Shown here piece by piece: positions 10,856 through 23,987 of a stretch of 64,000 nucleotides of DNA. Source of the stretch: Felis catus. Lineage: Eukaryota. The translations under genes and the position numbers were made by a program. The notes below the pieces were generated by a model. That model was given only the letters and a program-made list of their open reading frames with translations, had not been told where the DNA came from and ran no database searches. Numbering within the stretch: the stretch's first letter is position 1; each line of letters begins with the position of its first letter. Where the stretch lies: positions 114,206,001 to 114,270,000 of the forward strand of contig NC_058373.1 in the NCBI RefSeq assembly GCF_018350175.1, in the 5' to 3' direction.

Positions 10856-12561
10856 ATTTAACCAAGGAAGTAAAAGACTTATACTCTCAAAGCTATAAAC
10901 CATTGATGAAAGAAATTGAAGACAACACAAAGAACGATATTCTATGCTCATGGATCAGAAGAACAAATATTGTTGAAGTGTCTATACTATCCTAAGCAAT
11001 CCACAGATTTAATGCAATCCCCATCAAAATACCAACAGCATTTTTCACAGAACTAGAACAAACAATCCTAAAATGTGTATGAAACCACAAAAGACTCCAA
11101 GTAGCCAAAACAATCTTGAGAAAGAAGAACAAAACTGGAAGTATCACAATGCCCAAATTTTAGATATACTACATGCAAAGCTGTAGTAATTAAAACAGAA
11201 TGGTACCAGCACAAAAACAGAATATAAACTAACAGAATAGAGGAGATAGCCCGGAAATAAACTCATGATTATATGGTCAATTAATCTTCCACAAAGGAGG
11301 CAAGAATATGCAATGGGGAAATGTCAGTCTCTTCAACAAATAGTGCTGGGAAAACTGGACAGCTACATGCAAAAGAATGAAAATAGACAACTTTCTTACA
11401 CCATACACAAAAATATATTCAAAATGTATTGAAGACCTAAATGTGAGAACTGAAACCAACCAACCAAACAAACGAACAAACAAATCCTCCTAGAAGAGAG
11501 CACAAGCAGCAATGTCTCTGACATTGGCTGTAGCAGCTCCTTTTTGGATATGTCTCCTGAAGCAAGGGGGGGGGGGGGGGGAAGCAAAAATAAACTTTTG
11601 GGACTACATCAAAATAAAAAGCTTCTACACAGCAAAAGAAATAATCAACAAAATTATATAGCAACCTAACAGAATGTGAAAAGATATTTGCAAGTGACAT
11701 ACCTGATAATGGGTTAGTATCCAAAATATATAAAGAACCTATACAACTCAACACCAAAAAACCCACAAATAATCCAATTAAAAATGGGCAGAAGATATGA
11801 ATAGATATTTCTCCAAAGAAGACATACAGATGGTCAACAGACACATGAATAGATGCCCAACATTACTCATCATCACGGAAATGCAAATCAAAACTACAAT
11901 CTGATATCACTTGTCAGAATGGCTAAAATCAAAAACACAAAAACAACAAGTATTGGCAAGTGGAACAATAGGAACCCTCATGCACTGTTGATGGGAATGC
12001 AAACTGGTGCAGACATTCTGGAAAACAGTATGGACTTTCCTCAAAAAATTAAAAATAGAATTATCACATGATCCTGTAATTCCACTACTGGGTATTTATC
12101 CAAAGAATACAAAAACACTAATTTGAAAAGATAAATGCACTTCTATGTTTATTGCAGTATTATTTACAATTGTTAAATTGTGGAAACAGCCCACATGTCC
12201 ATCAACAGATGAATGGATAAAAAAAGGTGTGGTATATACACACAATAGAACATTACTCAGCCACAAAAAAGAATGAAATCTTGCCATTTGTAGCAACATG
12301 GATGGAGACAGAGGGTATAATGCTAAGTGAAATAGTCAAAGACAAATACCACATGATTTCAGTCATATGTGGAATTTAAGAAACAAAACAAATGAACAAC
12401 GGGAAAAGAGACAAACCAAGAAACAGCCTCTTAACAAACTGGTGGTTACCAGAGGTGAGGAGAGAGGGGTATGAGTGAAACAAGTGAAGAGAATTAAGAC
12501 TATATTTATCTTGATGAGCACTGAGTGATGTATAGAATTATGGAATCATATTTTTTTATAA
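10856..12561 (+). mobile_element. 5'-truncated LINE-1 (carnivore L1; decayed ORF2 3' part plus 3' UTR)
   Basis: Typical L1 ORF2 DNA (AATGCAATCCCCATCAAAATACCAAC, GGGAAAACTGGACAGCTACATGC, CCAAAGAAGACATACAGATGG). TSD AAAG(G/A)GAGGAATCT at 10842-10855 and 12562-12575. Confidence 0.93.
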
Positions 12562-12659
12562 AAAGAGAGGAATCTGTCATAAGAAGACTGAGTGACCCAA
12601 AATGCTTTAAACATATGCATCTGAGTTGTAAAATATCACAATAGTATAATTAATCATTT

Positions 12660-13055
12660 TTTGACTACCATTTAGTGATATCTTTTCTGTGCCAAGCACT
12701 TAGCGTGTATTATCTCATTTAATTCTTAAAAAAAACCCTGTAAGGTACAAGTATTGTCATGTAATTTTTAAGTGTGAACACAAGCATTGAAAAATTAGGT
12801 CAAATGCCAAAGATCATAGGTCTCATAAGTGGCAAATATAGGATTTGAATCCCAGCTTCTGACCCAGAGCCCAAAGTCTGCACCAGAATGGTCTCCACCT
12901 GCATATAGTAAGGACAATAACGACTGCCCACACTTATAGTGCACTTGCCACATGCCAGACGTTGTTCTAAGTGCTTTACTTAGATTCACCGAATTCATTC
13001 TCACAAAACTCTATGATGCTGTCATTGTATAGATGAGGAAACTGAGGCACAGAGC
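12660..13055 (-). mobile_element. Two adjacent MIR SINEs
   Basis: TGTGCCAAGCACT...TTATCTCATTTAATTCT; GGATTTGAATCCCAG; ATAGATGAGGAAACTGAGGCACAGAG. Confidence 0.75.
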
Positions 13056-13409
13056 ATTTGACATTGATTTCTCTTAGCAAATGTAAATGGAACACCTTTT
13101 GTGTGTTAGGCACTGTGCTAGGAGCTCTGTGTGGGACCCAGAGTTGAGAAAGACATCAATCTCATTGTCTAGCAATGACCATCAGCGTGGCCTTAGGGTG
13201 GGATTCCAGAACTTGACAATGAGGCATGGTAAGAATAGGGTATCTTAAGATATCTTAGAGAAATGGGCATACCAAGAAGCTTCTACATCAAGAGTGCAAG
13301 CACAGGAGCAAGACAGAATCCTGTTGTCAGACTGAGGCCCACGGTCAGATCTAGGACAGCAGCAGGACAGATAGAAACAGAGCTCTTTTATTTCCATCTG
13401 CAATGTGGC

Positions 13410-13610
13410 CTTAAGAGCAGAGCTCCAAAACCAAGCTGCCAGGTTCATATCCTCACTCTGCCACTCTCGATCTGTGTGACCTTGGGCAAGTTAATGAACC
13501 GTTCTGGGCTCAGTATCCCCATCTGGAAAATGGGGATAACAGTGCCCATCCCACAGAACTATTATGAGAACTCCTCATAACTACTGTTATGAATAACTAT
13601 ATGAGATGCC
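13410..13610 (+). mobile_element. MIR SINE
   Basis: CTCTGCCACT...TGTGTGACCTTGGGCAAGTTAATGAACC...CTCAGTATCCCCATCTGGAAAATGGGGATAA. Confidence 0.85.
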
Positions 13611-15549
13611 CTCAGAGCAGGGCCTCCCCATAGTCAGCTCTCTGGGTTGGCTCTCAAGCTCTCATCAGCTTAGGATCACATGGGGATCCTTGAAGCTGAG
13701 GTGGACAGAGGTTGCAGGTAGGACCAAGTTGTCCGATTGGTAGGGAGAAGAAAACTGTAGAAGGAACCAGTGAGGGGCCTGTCCCTGTATAGGCTTCTAG
13801 GAGAGGGAAAGATGAAATTTGATGAGACAGAGAGAATTCCCATCCTTGGTATAAAAGTTTGGCAAATGGTCATTGGGCTCTATCTCCTTAATTACCAAAG
13901 GCCAAGATGCAGGTGCCTGGTACCTCGGCTGGTTGGAGGTGGAGAATTCTCTGGGCTGGCATTTATATGGTGCCACGGTGTCCAATCATCAGCAGGAAGA
14001 CGGGCTTCTGCTGCCTTTGCCTGGCCCCTCAATGACCCAGGCCAGGAATATTGGTCTATTCCCAGCATCCCCTCTATAAACTTCCCCCACATCAGTGTGC
14101 AGCCTAGAAGGAAGACCAGGGTGGCTGAGGGAGGTAGTGGAAGGCAACCATGTTCTGTTGCAAGAAATCTTTCCTAGAAGTTCATCCTGCTTTCCTAGAA
14201 GAGGAGATGGCTGAGCTCATCAGCCAGAGCTGGAGCAGCCCAGAAAGAATCCTTTCCAACCTCCAGAAGACCCCTCAGCTTGGGAAAGGGATGGCTTACT
14301 GGGGTGCTGTTTGTGGCCATGGGACTGTCAGACTGGGCAGGGGTGTCTGGTGATGTATTAGAGAAGCTGAGAAGGGAGGTAAGACAAACACGTTCGCCTG
14401 ATGGGAATCTTGTGATCTCTCAGCTCCCCACCCCCACTGTCTTTTGAAAGCTCACTCCAAGACTTTTTGCAGACATTGAAGACCAGTTTCCTCTCCCAGA
14501 AACACCATTAAACTGAGTGAATGTGCGAGTGAGTGTGAGCACGTGTACTGCAATTTCGTCCCTACCGATTTTTAATTTCTCACACTTTGCACATTTCAGC
14601 CATCATGTGTGCTCCCGTGCCATTCCCCTTCAACTCCTTCTCTCCCTCTACCAGCCTCTCCTGGAAGCCTCAGGCCTCAGAGATGGCAAGAGGGTCTAGA
14701 CTTTGCTTTAAAATGAGAAATAGTGATGGCATGGGAGGTGATTCTGCTGATCTGCCTCACCCAGACCAGTCTCCCAGACGCGAAGCACCTGTCCTTTCCA
14801 CCTTGCAGCCTATTTCCTCTGGGGCTTCCTGCAGGGCTGAAGTGCCAGTCATATGGAAACAGGAGGCATCTAAGGCTCACACCCCAGGTGGCAGCTTGAG
14901 TTTCCTGAACTGAGAACCAGTGGCCTAGATTTTGCCCCAAATACTCAACTGGGAGTTTGCTTTAGTGGCCAAGTCTTCCCTCCTCTACCCTAGCCAACCA
15001 CAGTGTTTCGGTTAACCCCTTGGCTTGCTGGGAGCCTTGTCTTGTGCCTTTATGCTATTCCCCTCACGACTACCTGCTTTAATGAAGCAGAACAGCGACA
15101 CCGGAAATAACTAAACATGGAGTATGATTCAGAATGATGTGTGATTCACCCCAGAATGCATGCTCCCAGCTGCCTCTCCTGATTTACAAGCTTGCTCTGC
15201 CATTACACGAAGCTTGTCTTCCTTGTCAAAAGATGACCAGAGTTAAAGGGGAGCCAAACAAGGGACCGTGTTTTGTCTGGAATAATGCACTTATGAATAA
15301 ATGAGTTGGACACAACTGTCTTTTTACATTGGTGGGTGTTTCTGTGGAATTAAGAGAACTTCCAGGGCTTAATCTGTTTGAGTAAATCAAGTTTGTCCAT
15401 GTGTTCTGGGCAAGGGTCATGAAGTCAACTATGATATAGTTTCTTTGGCCCACAAAATGACCAATGCCTTTTGGGAAAGACTACGTGAGTTATGACCAGG
15501 ACAGTGGAGCAGCCTGAGTTAGTGTCCCAGCATGTACATTAAATTACCT

Positions 15550-16090
15550 AAAATAGCAAAAAATAGACACAACCTAAATGTTCACCAGTAGCGTATTAGT
15601 TACACAAACAGCTGTATAATGGAATAGTAGGCAGTCTTTAGAATTATGTCCTAGAAGAAAGCTTAATCTCATGGGAAAATATTCACAACATATCATTAAA
15701 GGGGAAAAAGCAAATTATAAAGCAGCATGGACAGAACATAGCAGTCTTGTAAGAAAAAAGTATTGGGTATATTTCTTAACTGGAAGAATATATATAAAAA
15801 TGTTAACTGTGGGGCGCCTGGGTGGCTCAGTCAGTTAGGCGTCGACTCCAGCTCAGGTCATGATCCCGAGGTTCGTGAATTCAAGCCCCTCAGAGCCCAC
15901 TTCAGATCCTCTGACCCCTTTCACTCTCCCCCTTCCCTTTCCCTGCTTGCTCTCTTTCTCTGTCAAAAACAAACTTTTTTTTTTTTTTTTAATGTTAGCT
16001 GTGTTGTCTCCGGATAATAAGATTTGGCTTGACCTTTTTTTTTTTCTCTATTTTTTTCAAATTTTCTTCTATGAACAAATATTATTCCAA
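15550..16090 (+). mobile_element. Old L1M 3'-end fragment, interrupted by a Can-SINE
   Basis: ACAACCTAAATGTTCACCAGTAG, AATGGAATAGTAGGCAG and CATGGGAAAATATTCACAACATA are typical of L1M 3' UTRs. Confidence 0.55.
15811..15990 (+). mobile_element. Can-SINE, internally deleted
   Basis: GGGGCGCCTGGGTGGCTCAG head. TSD AATGTTA(A/G)CTGT. Confidence 0.9.
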
Positions 16091-17527
16091 AATCTGGGGG
16101 AAAATATTTTAAAAAAAGATTATCCGAGAGGCCAGAAAATGAGTTTCCAGTTTCTTATCCCATGTCCGTTCTCCATTTTATTTTGGAGATTCAAATTTCT
16201 CAGCCCTTCCCACAACAGATACTTATGAAGCGAAACACACAGAGTAGCTGATGTCCTAAGCAACATCACCAAGGTGAATTATTCACTGACCATAACAGCT
16301 TTAGAAAGGCCTTGTTTCCACCAGACACTGGGAATTAATGGTACAAAAACCATTTTTTGTTTCTAATCAGGAACAAACGTCTCCAAGAGATCTGAAATAA
16401 GTGTATGGGGGCTCACAGAGGATGATTACAAACCTCAGCAGCTGCTCCGTGGATTTTCAAACATGAGGGTGATTCATCCCTTCTCCTGGGCCTTTTTACA
16501 GTACCTTATCCCTTAGAATTTTGAAAATCTGCCACCGTGAGAAGGGGAGGCCCGGGGAGAACCGTGACCCTTGTCCCTATACGGAAGGACGGGGAAAGGA
16601 GTTGGAGAGAACAAAACTATGGGACTGACACAGCTGGGTGTTGTTTGCTGGCTCACAGGACAGCGTCACGCATAGAGGGGTGACTGAGGTGGACAAAGGG
16701 AGTGATAACTGATGTCATGGAAAGAAACAGACCACTGTAAAATCTGCTGCCGAATAGAGACGGGCCTTGGTGCACACCATGCCTGCCGCAGACTTTTAAA
16801 AACCTATGCAGTTTTAGCTGTGCCTTATCACTACCTCGTTTCCGAGCAAAATAGTCAAGATTGTCCCCTTCTCCTCACAGGATATGGCAGTACGAGTGTG
16901 CCAGCTGTCCCGAGGTCACCATTCCTGTCAGTGGCAGATCTTGGTAACACACCTAGAAGGTAGCAGGAAGCGCCACTGTGCTCCTGGTTCGCTGTTCCAG
17001 CTGGTCATCCCTGCCACCTCGGTGAGGGGGGAGCACGTTACCTAATTCCGGTGTATGGTCAGATGGCGGCTTTTCTCAGTCAGCCTGTCCTTGGAAAATT
17101 CATGCCTCTCTTGTATTGGAAAATTCCTCTTGTGCCTGTCATTGCACATATCAGAAGACCAAGGTTTCCATTTCTCAGAAGTAATTAACTAGCTACTGTC
17201 TGAGACCAAGCTTGTTCCTGGAATTTTTTTACTCATCCTTTTAAAGCCATCATCCAGTCCCAGGAGAGAAGGTCTGAAGCAGGGCCCTGAGTTCTGAAGC
17301 AGGGCCCAAAGCAGAGAAACAAGCAGAGGTTGGGCTGGGCTGTGCACTGAGTGTAAGGTGCACATCCAGTACCTATGATCACCTCAGCCCCACCTTGATT
17401 TCATTTTGTGTCCTTTACTCTTGATTGCCTGGGGACATCTTAGGATGGTAGAATAATGAAGAGCCAGCTGAGGAGCACTTACCCTGTGAAGTAAGGCTCC
17501 CACCACTCCAGCCCTTGCCAAGACTCT

Positions 17528-17750
17528 GAAGAAGAAAAAGAGGAAGAAGAAGAAGAAGAAGAAGAAGAAGAAGAAGAAGAAGAAGAAGAAGAAGAAGCAT
17601 GAGGAGGAGGAGGAGAAGGAGAGAGAGAGGGACAGAAAGAAAAGAGGAGAGGAGAGGAGGAAAGGAGAGGAGAGGAGAGGAGAGGAAAAGAAAAAGGAAA
17701 GAAAAGAAAAAAAAAGAAAAAAGAAAAGAAAAGAAAAGAAAAAGAAAAAG

Positions 17751-17783
<33 letters not shown>

Positions 17784-17807
17784 GAAAAGAAAAGAAAGGA
17801 AAAGGGA
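17528..17807. repeat. (GAA)18 plus compound GGA/GGAGA/GAAAA polypurine tract
   Basis: 280 bp with only three pyrimidines (17598, 17600, 17633). Pure GAA from 17543 to 17596. Confidence 0.97.
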
Positions 17808-18170
17808 TAGCCTGACCCCCCTGGAAGGAAATCTATGCTACTCTATCCTTGCCAGATCACAAGATGGGGAGATGTTCGCTTTTCACATGACTGATGCAGA
17901 AATGTAAAGAATTCTATTTCAGGGGATGAAAACTCAACAGATTAAACTAAAGATCCTACTGTTTCAGTTCCCAGGATTGACTAAAGCAGTAAAGCTTGAA
18001 AAAATAGACTAGGGTCCCCTTTGCCCTCAAACCCCATGGTGGGCTCCATCTGACTCTAAATCTAAGTTTTCAAGTGAAAGTAGCTGCAGGGATGAGAAAT
18101 CTAGTAATGCACAAAGTGATGCTTTCAGTAGGAAATCCTTAGGCCCTACCATGTTATTATCAAAAATGAT

Positions 18171-18270
18171 GGGGTGCCTGGATGCCTGAGTCGGTTAAAT
18201 GTCCGACTCTTTATCTCAGCTCAGTCTTGATTTCAGGGTCATGAGCTCAAGCCCCACATCGGGCTCTGTG
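18171..18270 (+). mobile_element. Short/3'-truncated Can-SINE
   Basis: GGGGTGCCTGGATGCCTGAGTCGGTTAA head. Flanking direct repeat AAAAATGATG. Confidence 0.85.
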
Positions 18271-18339
18271 AAAAAATGATGAAGGTGAAGCTTTCTGTTG
18301 ATACCATTGTCAGACTATGCAAAACACACCAACTCAAAC

Positions 18340-18480
18340 TTCATTCATTCATTCATTCATTCACGTGTCCATTTAACAAATATCTATTGAACACACCTTA
18401 TATGTACATGAACCGAATACTATACATTATCTACCATCCCCTCCAGGAGTTCATAGCCCTAGATAAGGGCACTCAGGGAA
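18340..18480 (-). mobile_element. L2 LINE 3' end
   Basis: (TTCA)n tail followed by TTTAACAAATATCTATTGAACAC. Confidence 0.7.
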
Positions 18481-18617
18481 ACTGAGAAATTATAATAGGT
18501 TATAATTAAAGCCTAAATCAAGGTAAGAAAAATGAACCATGGGTGCACAAAGAAAAGTGTTGTAAGTTCTACTCACAGCTTCTGGAAGCTCTTCACAGTA
18601 TAGAAGAAATGTAAGTT

Positions 18618-18822
18618 GGGGATTACCTGGGTGGCTCAGTGAGTTAAGCATCCAACTCTTGGTTTTGGCTCAGGTCATGATCTCACAATTCATGGGATCA
18701 AGCCCCATGTCAGGCTCTGCGCTGACAGAGTGGAGCCTGCTTGGGATTCTCTCTCTCCCTCCCTCCCTTTCTGTCCCACCTTCTCAAAATAAATAAATAA
18801 AAATTTTTAAAAAAAGAAGAAA
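18618..18822 (+). mobile_element. Can-SINE
   Basis: CCTGGGTGGCTCAG head, CT-rich region, AAAT tail. TSD TGTAAGTTGGG. Confidence 0.93.
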
Positions 18823-19289
18823 AAGATTTGTAAGTTGGGGTTAATAATGAGTAGGAGTTTTCCAGGAGATTAGGCTGATGTTTTCATTGTGAACATGAGT
18901 GTACCTCACTATGCATCTGACCTCCAGAAAGTCAGGACACAGTGGGTGACAATCTTCTGTAGAACATGTGCCACATCACCCATCAGGAGCCATAGCTGTG
19001 CTTTCTTCAGCAATGAATCTGGGGACTAGTGGCCCAACATAGGCCTTAACATTTGATACAACCAGAAGACATCTCAGAAGAGAGTCCTGAGCATGTTCAT
19101 CCAGAGATGGCTCTTTATTAGGAAACTGAGTGTCCAGCTGTACTTAAGCATGTATGCAAAAATGCCTGGACAAAGATTGGAGAGGGTTTGCACTTTGTGG
19201 GGTCAAACTTGTCATGGGTTTCAGTCCTTTGGTTATGCCCCTTGCTCCCTCTCCCTGCCATATGGGCCTCCCTCTTCCCAGAGTGTCTG

Positions 19290-19535
19290 ATGATATCTAC
19301 TCATAGTTTAAGACTCAGCTCAAATGCCATCTTCTTTAAGAAGACTTTCCCAAAATTTCTGGATTGAATGGCCATTGCCTTTCTTACCCCACCTTGGTAC
19401 ATGTTACATCTTACCTGTATCAGAAGTCACTGTATTCATTTATTTACATGTCTACTACCTGGGGGCAGGAGGTGAGTCTTTCTCATCTATGCAACCCCAG
19501 TTCCCAAGTGCCTGGTGAACTTTTATTGAACGGAT
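19290..19535 (+). mobile_element. L2 LINE 3' fragment
   Basis: TTAAGACTCAGCTCAAATGCCATCTTCT...CCCAAGTGCCTGG...TATTGAA. Confidence 0.65.
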
Positions 19536-22061
19536 ACAGGCTGCACTTATATGCTTAGCATGCCCTGGAGTCTTCTAACAGAGCAGAAGATATTCTATTG
19601 CAAAGTCCTTCTTGATAAAATCATGGTGTCTAATAACCCTGTTTCACATTTAAAGAAACTAATGTGTAAAGGGAGGCAAGCCCAGAATGTACTTGCATCC
19701 AGGAGTGTAAATCCCAACCAAGACTGTCCAGAGACCAAAATTCCTCGGAGCCCCTGGGCCACCCCAAGTCGGATGCAATTCTAGACAAGCCAGAGCCTCA
19801 CCGAACAGCTCCACAGTGCTGGGCTCCACTGTGTTCTGGAAGCTTCTTCTGAATTGTGCTTCCAGAAGGTCGGGACAGGGAGAAGCCGCAAAGGCCCGGC
19901 GCAGTATCAGGTTCCCCCTTTTCTGTCAGCAGGCATGGAAGAGGCTTTAAGAAAATGGAGTAGTATTATTTGTTTGTTTTTACAGTGACTCATCTGTCGT
20001 AACTGGGTTAAAGTCCACTTAAAGAAAAGGAGAACAAAAGACCTCCTGTTAGTGCTGGAAGTTTGCCTCTTGAGATATCACTGAGAGGAACTGGGAAGAA
20101 AAAAAAAAAAAAACCCAGCAGGGCAGAGGAAGCTGCAGGCCTTCAGGAACACAGCGGCACTTTGGAAAGGCAAACACGGTGACTTTCATCTCCAGCGCCC
20201 TATCTGAGCTGGCCGCTCCCCTTGCTGTTGCTTTGTGACCCACTGCAGTGCTAGCCATCAGACACAGACCAGTGCCCTGTTCCCACACTCTTCGAACATG
20301 AGGAGGTTGCCAGGAGCTATGGCATTACGGGCAAATCTCCATATTCAACCAACTCGAGTCTGGGGAGCAGGAGGAGGATGGTGGTGTCAGTGATGATATT
20401 AACGTAAAAAACCTACTTAGTGCCAGGCACCATCCTAACATTATGTATCACAACGCACTTCAAAAACCCCCAGGAGGCTACCATGCTACCTCCCCAGCTG
20501 CCGCAGGAGATGCCAAAAGGCAGAAATCTGGTCGTGTACTCTTTGGGAAACCCATTGGCGTCAGTGCAGGTACAGGAACCACGGGGCTGGTGGGCTTCAG
20601 GTGGGGTGGGACCAGGTTTCCAAGTGGCATCTTCCGGAGTGCAAACTCAGACCATCCGAACCCAAGATGCAAGGACTTACACCCTTGCACTCTTCAAATT
20701 AAAACAACAACAACAACAACAACAAGAAGCTGGAGAAAGACAAGACTCTACGGTTCTCTGCCGTCCAATCAGCCACACCTGTGGTACGCTTGCATCCATG
20801 TCCTTTATCTGCTAGTTCTTTGAAAATATTATTCTCACCTCTGGCCACCCAGACATGAGGCAGGTCCGTACCATGACTGCCCGTTCTAGTTTTGGTTCCT
20901 CCTCCCCTTAATTGTAAAAAGCTGGAATTTCTCAGCTCCAAGGCTGTGAAAGACAGATGGGGACATGAAGGAGAAGATAAAAATCCCCTGAAAGTCCCAG
21001 GTCCTTCCTCCATCATAAGTGTTTCATATCACTCTCTTTCTTCCCAGGGACCTTCCTGTCCCTCAGAGACTAGGGTCCCAGACCTCTGCCCTGCAGGATG
21101 ATAAGACTTTCTGGGCCTTCCAATTCAAATAGTCAACCCTAATCATTCCATTTCCTGAACAAGACTTATTTTAGGTAATTTATGTTCAAACACCAAGAAT
21201 TCCTCAACAGAAACCCCCGGATGAAAGTGTTATTGTGCTAATCTGTCCTCTCTTTGCTCATGGATAACCACATTCCACCAAATGCCGCAGACGGGTGTGG
21301 GAAGCCACTTACTTGCCGTGGTAGAGGTGCCATAATTAAGCTGCTCCGATGCAGGGTTGGTCCTCTGCTTTTCTGTACGCTGCTCTGTGACTTTGAGGGG
21401 ATTACTTGCGCTAACAAGCAAGGCCTCCACAAACAATGGGTTGAGAGGACGACTCAAAAGAAGCCGACCCAGTGCTCTCTGGGATGCTTCTCCCTTTGAC
21501 TGGCCTCACGAGGATCAGGCCCCTGATGGAATCACTGGAGATTTAGGGCTTGATTAAACCCTGGCTTTGGGCCAACATGCTGGTGGCCCCTTGATTTTCC
21601 CAGGTCCACCCAAGTGGCATAAACACCAGAGTAAGAATATGAACCGCTTAGCTGATCCCACAAGAGTCACTGCTCATTAGCTAGGAGTCTTAGTATCACC
21701 AGCTCACAGGGTTCAACAGGCATCAGCATGCCCGATCCTGGAAGGACAGCCTGACTTTAGGTTAATTGTCCCTACATCTGCACTCTCTGGAGCTACAGCT
21801 GGGGGGCTTTGTAGACCAACTTCACCATTGGGATCTTTGGGATTCCCATCCTTTCTTGGCCCAGTAAAGCCCAAGCTCTCCACCAGAGGCAACTAAATCA
21901 TCTTAGTGGGCTGTCCCTGATTATTATTGGCATTTAGCGATCATTTTGCTTCTGAACAAATGGTCGGATCTTGCACAGCCCAAAGCATAAAGATTGGCCA
22001 TGTTCACCTACTGGAGGGCACTGGAGAATTTCTCATGTGAGGGTACCCATGAAACACAAAC

Positions 22062-22107
22062 GGAGCAACTGCATCCTTTCTTGGAGGAGCAACTGCATCC
22101 TTTCTTG
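22062..22107. repeat. Short tandem duplication, period 24
   Basis: GGAGCAACTGCATCCTTTCTTG occurs at 22062 and 22086. Confidence 0.95.
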
Positions 22108-22419
22108 AGTTTGGCGATTTTGTTGTTGCTTCGACTCAGCATTTGCTTGTGACCCTTAAGGACTCAGAAGACAGAGTAAGCTGCTTAGGTCCCCATATGG
22201 CTCAGGACAGAGCAAACAATATTCATTCCCCGAGCCCCACAGCTAGCAGTCTCAGGGATCCCCAGGATTATCCTGAGGCTACCCCCGAAAGCATGAACCC
22301 CGTAGTTGGTCTGTCTCATAGCCAAGTCTCACCAGGAACCTGCATGTCCTGGCAAGATGTGGGTGACTTAGGAATGGCCTAACAACAGAAGGGGGAGAGC
22401 CAGGTATGACACCTCCCAC

Positions 22420-22590
22420 CCTGACCAGCTGTGTGATCTTGGTTCTCATCTCTGCCGTAGTATCCATGCCCATGAACATGATGATGATCCTGCCACCAAC
22501 TTTTCCCCTGTAGGAGGCTGCAAGAGTGAATTCATTAATGTTTATTGAGCACCGGGATTTCTTTGGAGAGTGGCCTTTATAAATATAAGG
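22420..22590 (+). mobile_element. MIR SINE
   Basis: CCAGCTGTGTGATCTTGG...TTCTCATCT and GAGTGAATTCATTAATG motifs. Confidence 0.55.
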
Positions 22591-23413
22591 CATGATTAAA
22601 GGATGTCAGTTTGCTAACTCTCAGAGGAAGTACTTAATGGGATCAGGGCTAAATATCTTGATGACTGAGTTTCATTCTTTATTCAAATATGCACAGGGCT
22701 CCCATCACTCAATTCTGCCGTCCACTCATGTTATTATCCTGTTATATTTTCTCTTTTCCATATATAATAGTACAACAGCTGTTCCCCTCATACCATGCTT
22801 ACCCACTGCCTCCTTCCCTCACCCCAGCTTCTGACACCTCCCCTGAGGTTACCAAGGCCACCTGATTGTCAAGCTCATTGGATTTTTCTCATTCCTCATT
22901 CTCCTTGTCCTTTCTGAGCATGGCACTGGTCACTACCCGCTCCTCACCCTCGGAAGTCTTATTCTGTGGTTTCCTCAACCCCAGCAGGTCCAAACTGATG
23001 TCACCATTGTCTTCAAACCAATTCCCTGCCCTGCCCTCCAAACCTCCCTCTCCATGGACAACCCCCCAGTGCAGGCCCTTACTGTCCTAGCCTGCCCGGT
23101 TCTTAAAAAAACCTATCCCTGCCCTCTACACTCGAGGCAGGTGTGACACATGTATGTCTGTGAACTGTTCCACAGGCCTCTCTGCACCACCTAGGCCTCT
23201 GGCTGTTCTTTTCCCAAGCCCACCTCAGTCTCCTGCTCCCTACCGGTGGGTGAGCTGCTCCAGATCCAGACACCATAGGACCCGCTCTCCCAGACCAGCA
23301 GGCACTCTTGCTCCCAGCAGGCCATCTGAACTGACTGAAAATCTAGCAGCCCTTCCTCTAGGGGCACCATGACAGACTTGTCCCCTCCAACAGCCCCCGG
23401 TGGACCCAGCCAA

Positions 23414-23750
23414 ACAGACACACGTCAACACTTCCATAGACACACAAACGCTGATATACACAGATGTGCAAAGAGATGCAGGTACACACACAGGCACACC
23501 CAGACACACACACAGGCACACACACAAGCACACACAGACATAGAGGCTCATATATACAGATACATACATACTCATATAGACATACACAAATACTCAGATA
23601 TAGACACAGACACAAATACTCACATAGACATACAAACACATACTGACAGCTAGAAGCACCCACACAGATGTATACATAGACACACATACTCACATAGGCA
23701 TGCACGTTAGTACACAAAGTCACAAGCATACACACACAGAGACACACACA
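23414..23750. repeat. Degenerate (CA/TA/GA)n low-complexity tract
   Basis: About 340 bp of interrupted CACA/CATA/CAGA units. Confidence 0.85.
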
Positions 23751-23850
23751 TGGATTTTTGCTGCCCTCCCAGCATCCTGACAGGCTGAACTGATCTCCCT
23801 CACCCCTGCTGAGTAGCCAACTCTTACTCCTGCCCTTCTTCATTCTCATC

Positions 23851-23940
23851 TGTATTAGTCAGGGTTCTCCAGAGAAACAGAACCAATAGAATATATATAT
23901 GTCTGTCTGTCTCTCTTTCTACACACACACACACATATAC

Positions 23941-23987
<47 letters not shown>

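Noticed and set aside
11277..12299. Several ORFs over the L1
   Set aside because: Antisense or broken frames of decayed L1 ORF2, not genes.
13557..13602. Small inverted repeats (TTATGAG/CTCATAA; CATAAC/GTTATG)
   Set aside because: Only 6-7 bp, AT-rich and inside a MIR; chance or a minor duplication explains them.
17415..17907. Poly-Leu and Arg/Lys-rich ORFs
   Set aside because: Translations of the GAA/GAAAA repeat.
20420..20823. ORFs with poly-Gln/poly-Thr
   Set aside because: Arise from a short (CAA)n repeat and overlap MIR-like sequence; no homology recognised.
22062..22107. Direct repeats as a possible CRISPR-like array
   Set aside because: Two adjacent copies, no spacers, eukaryotic context.
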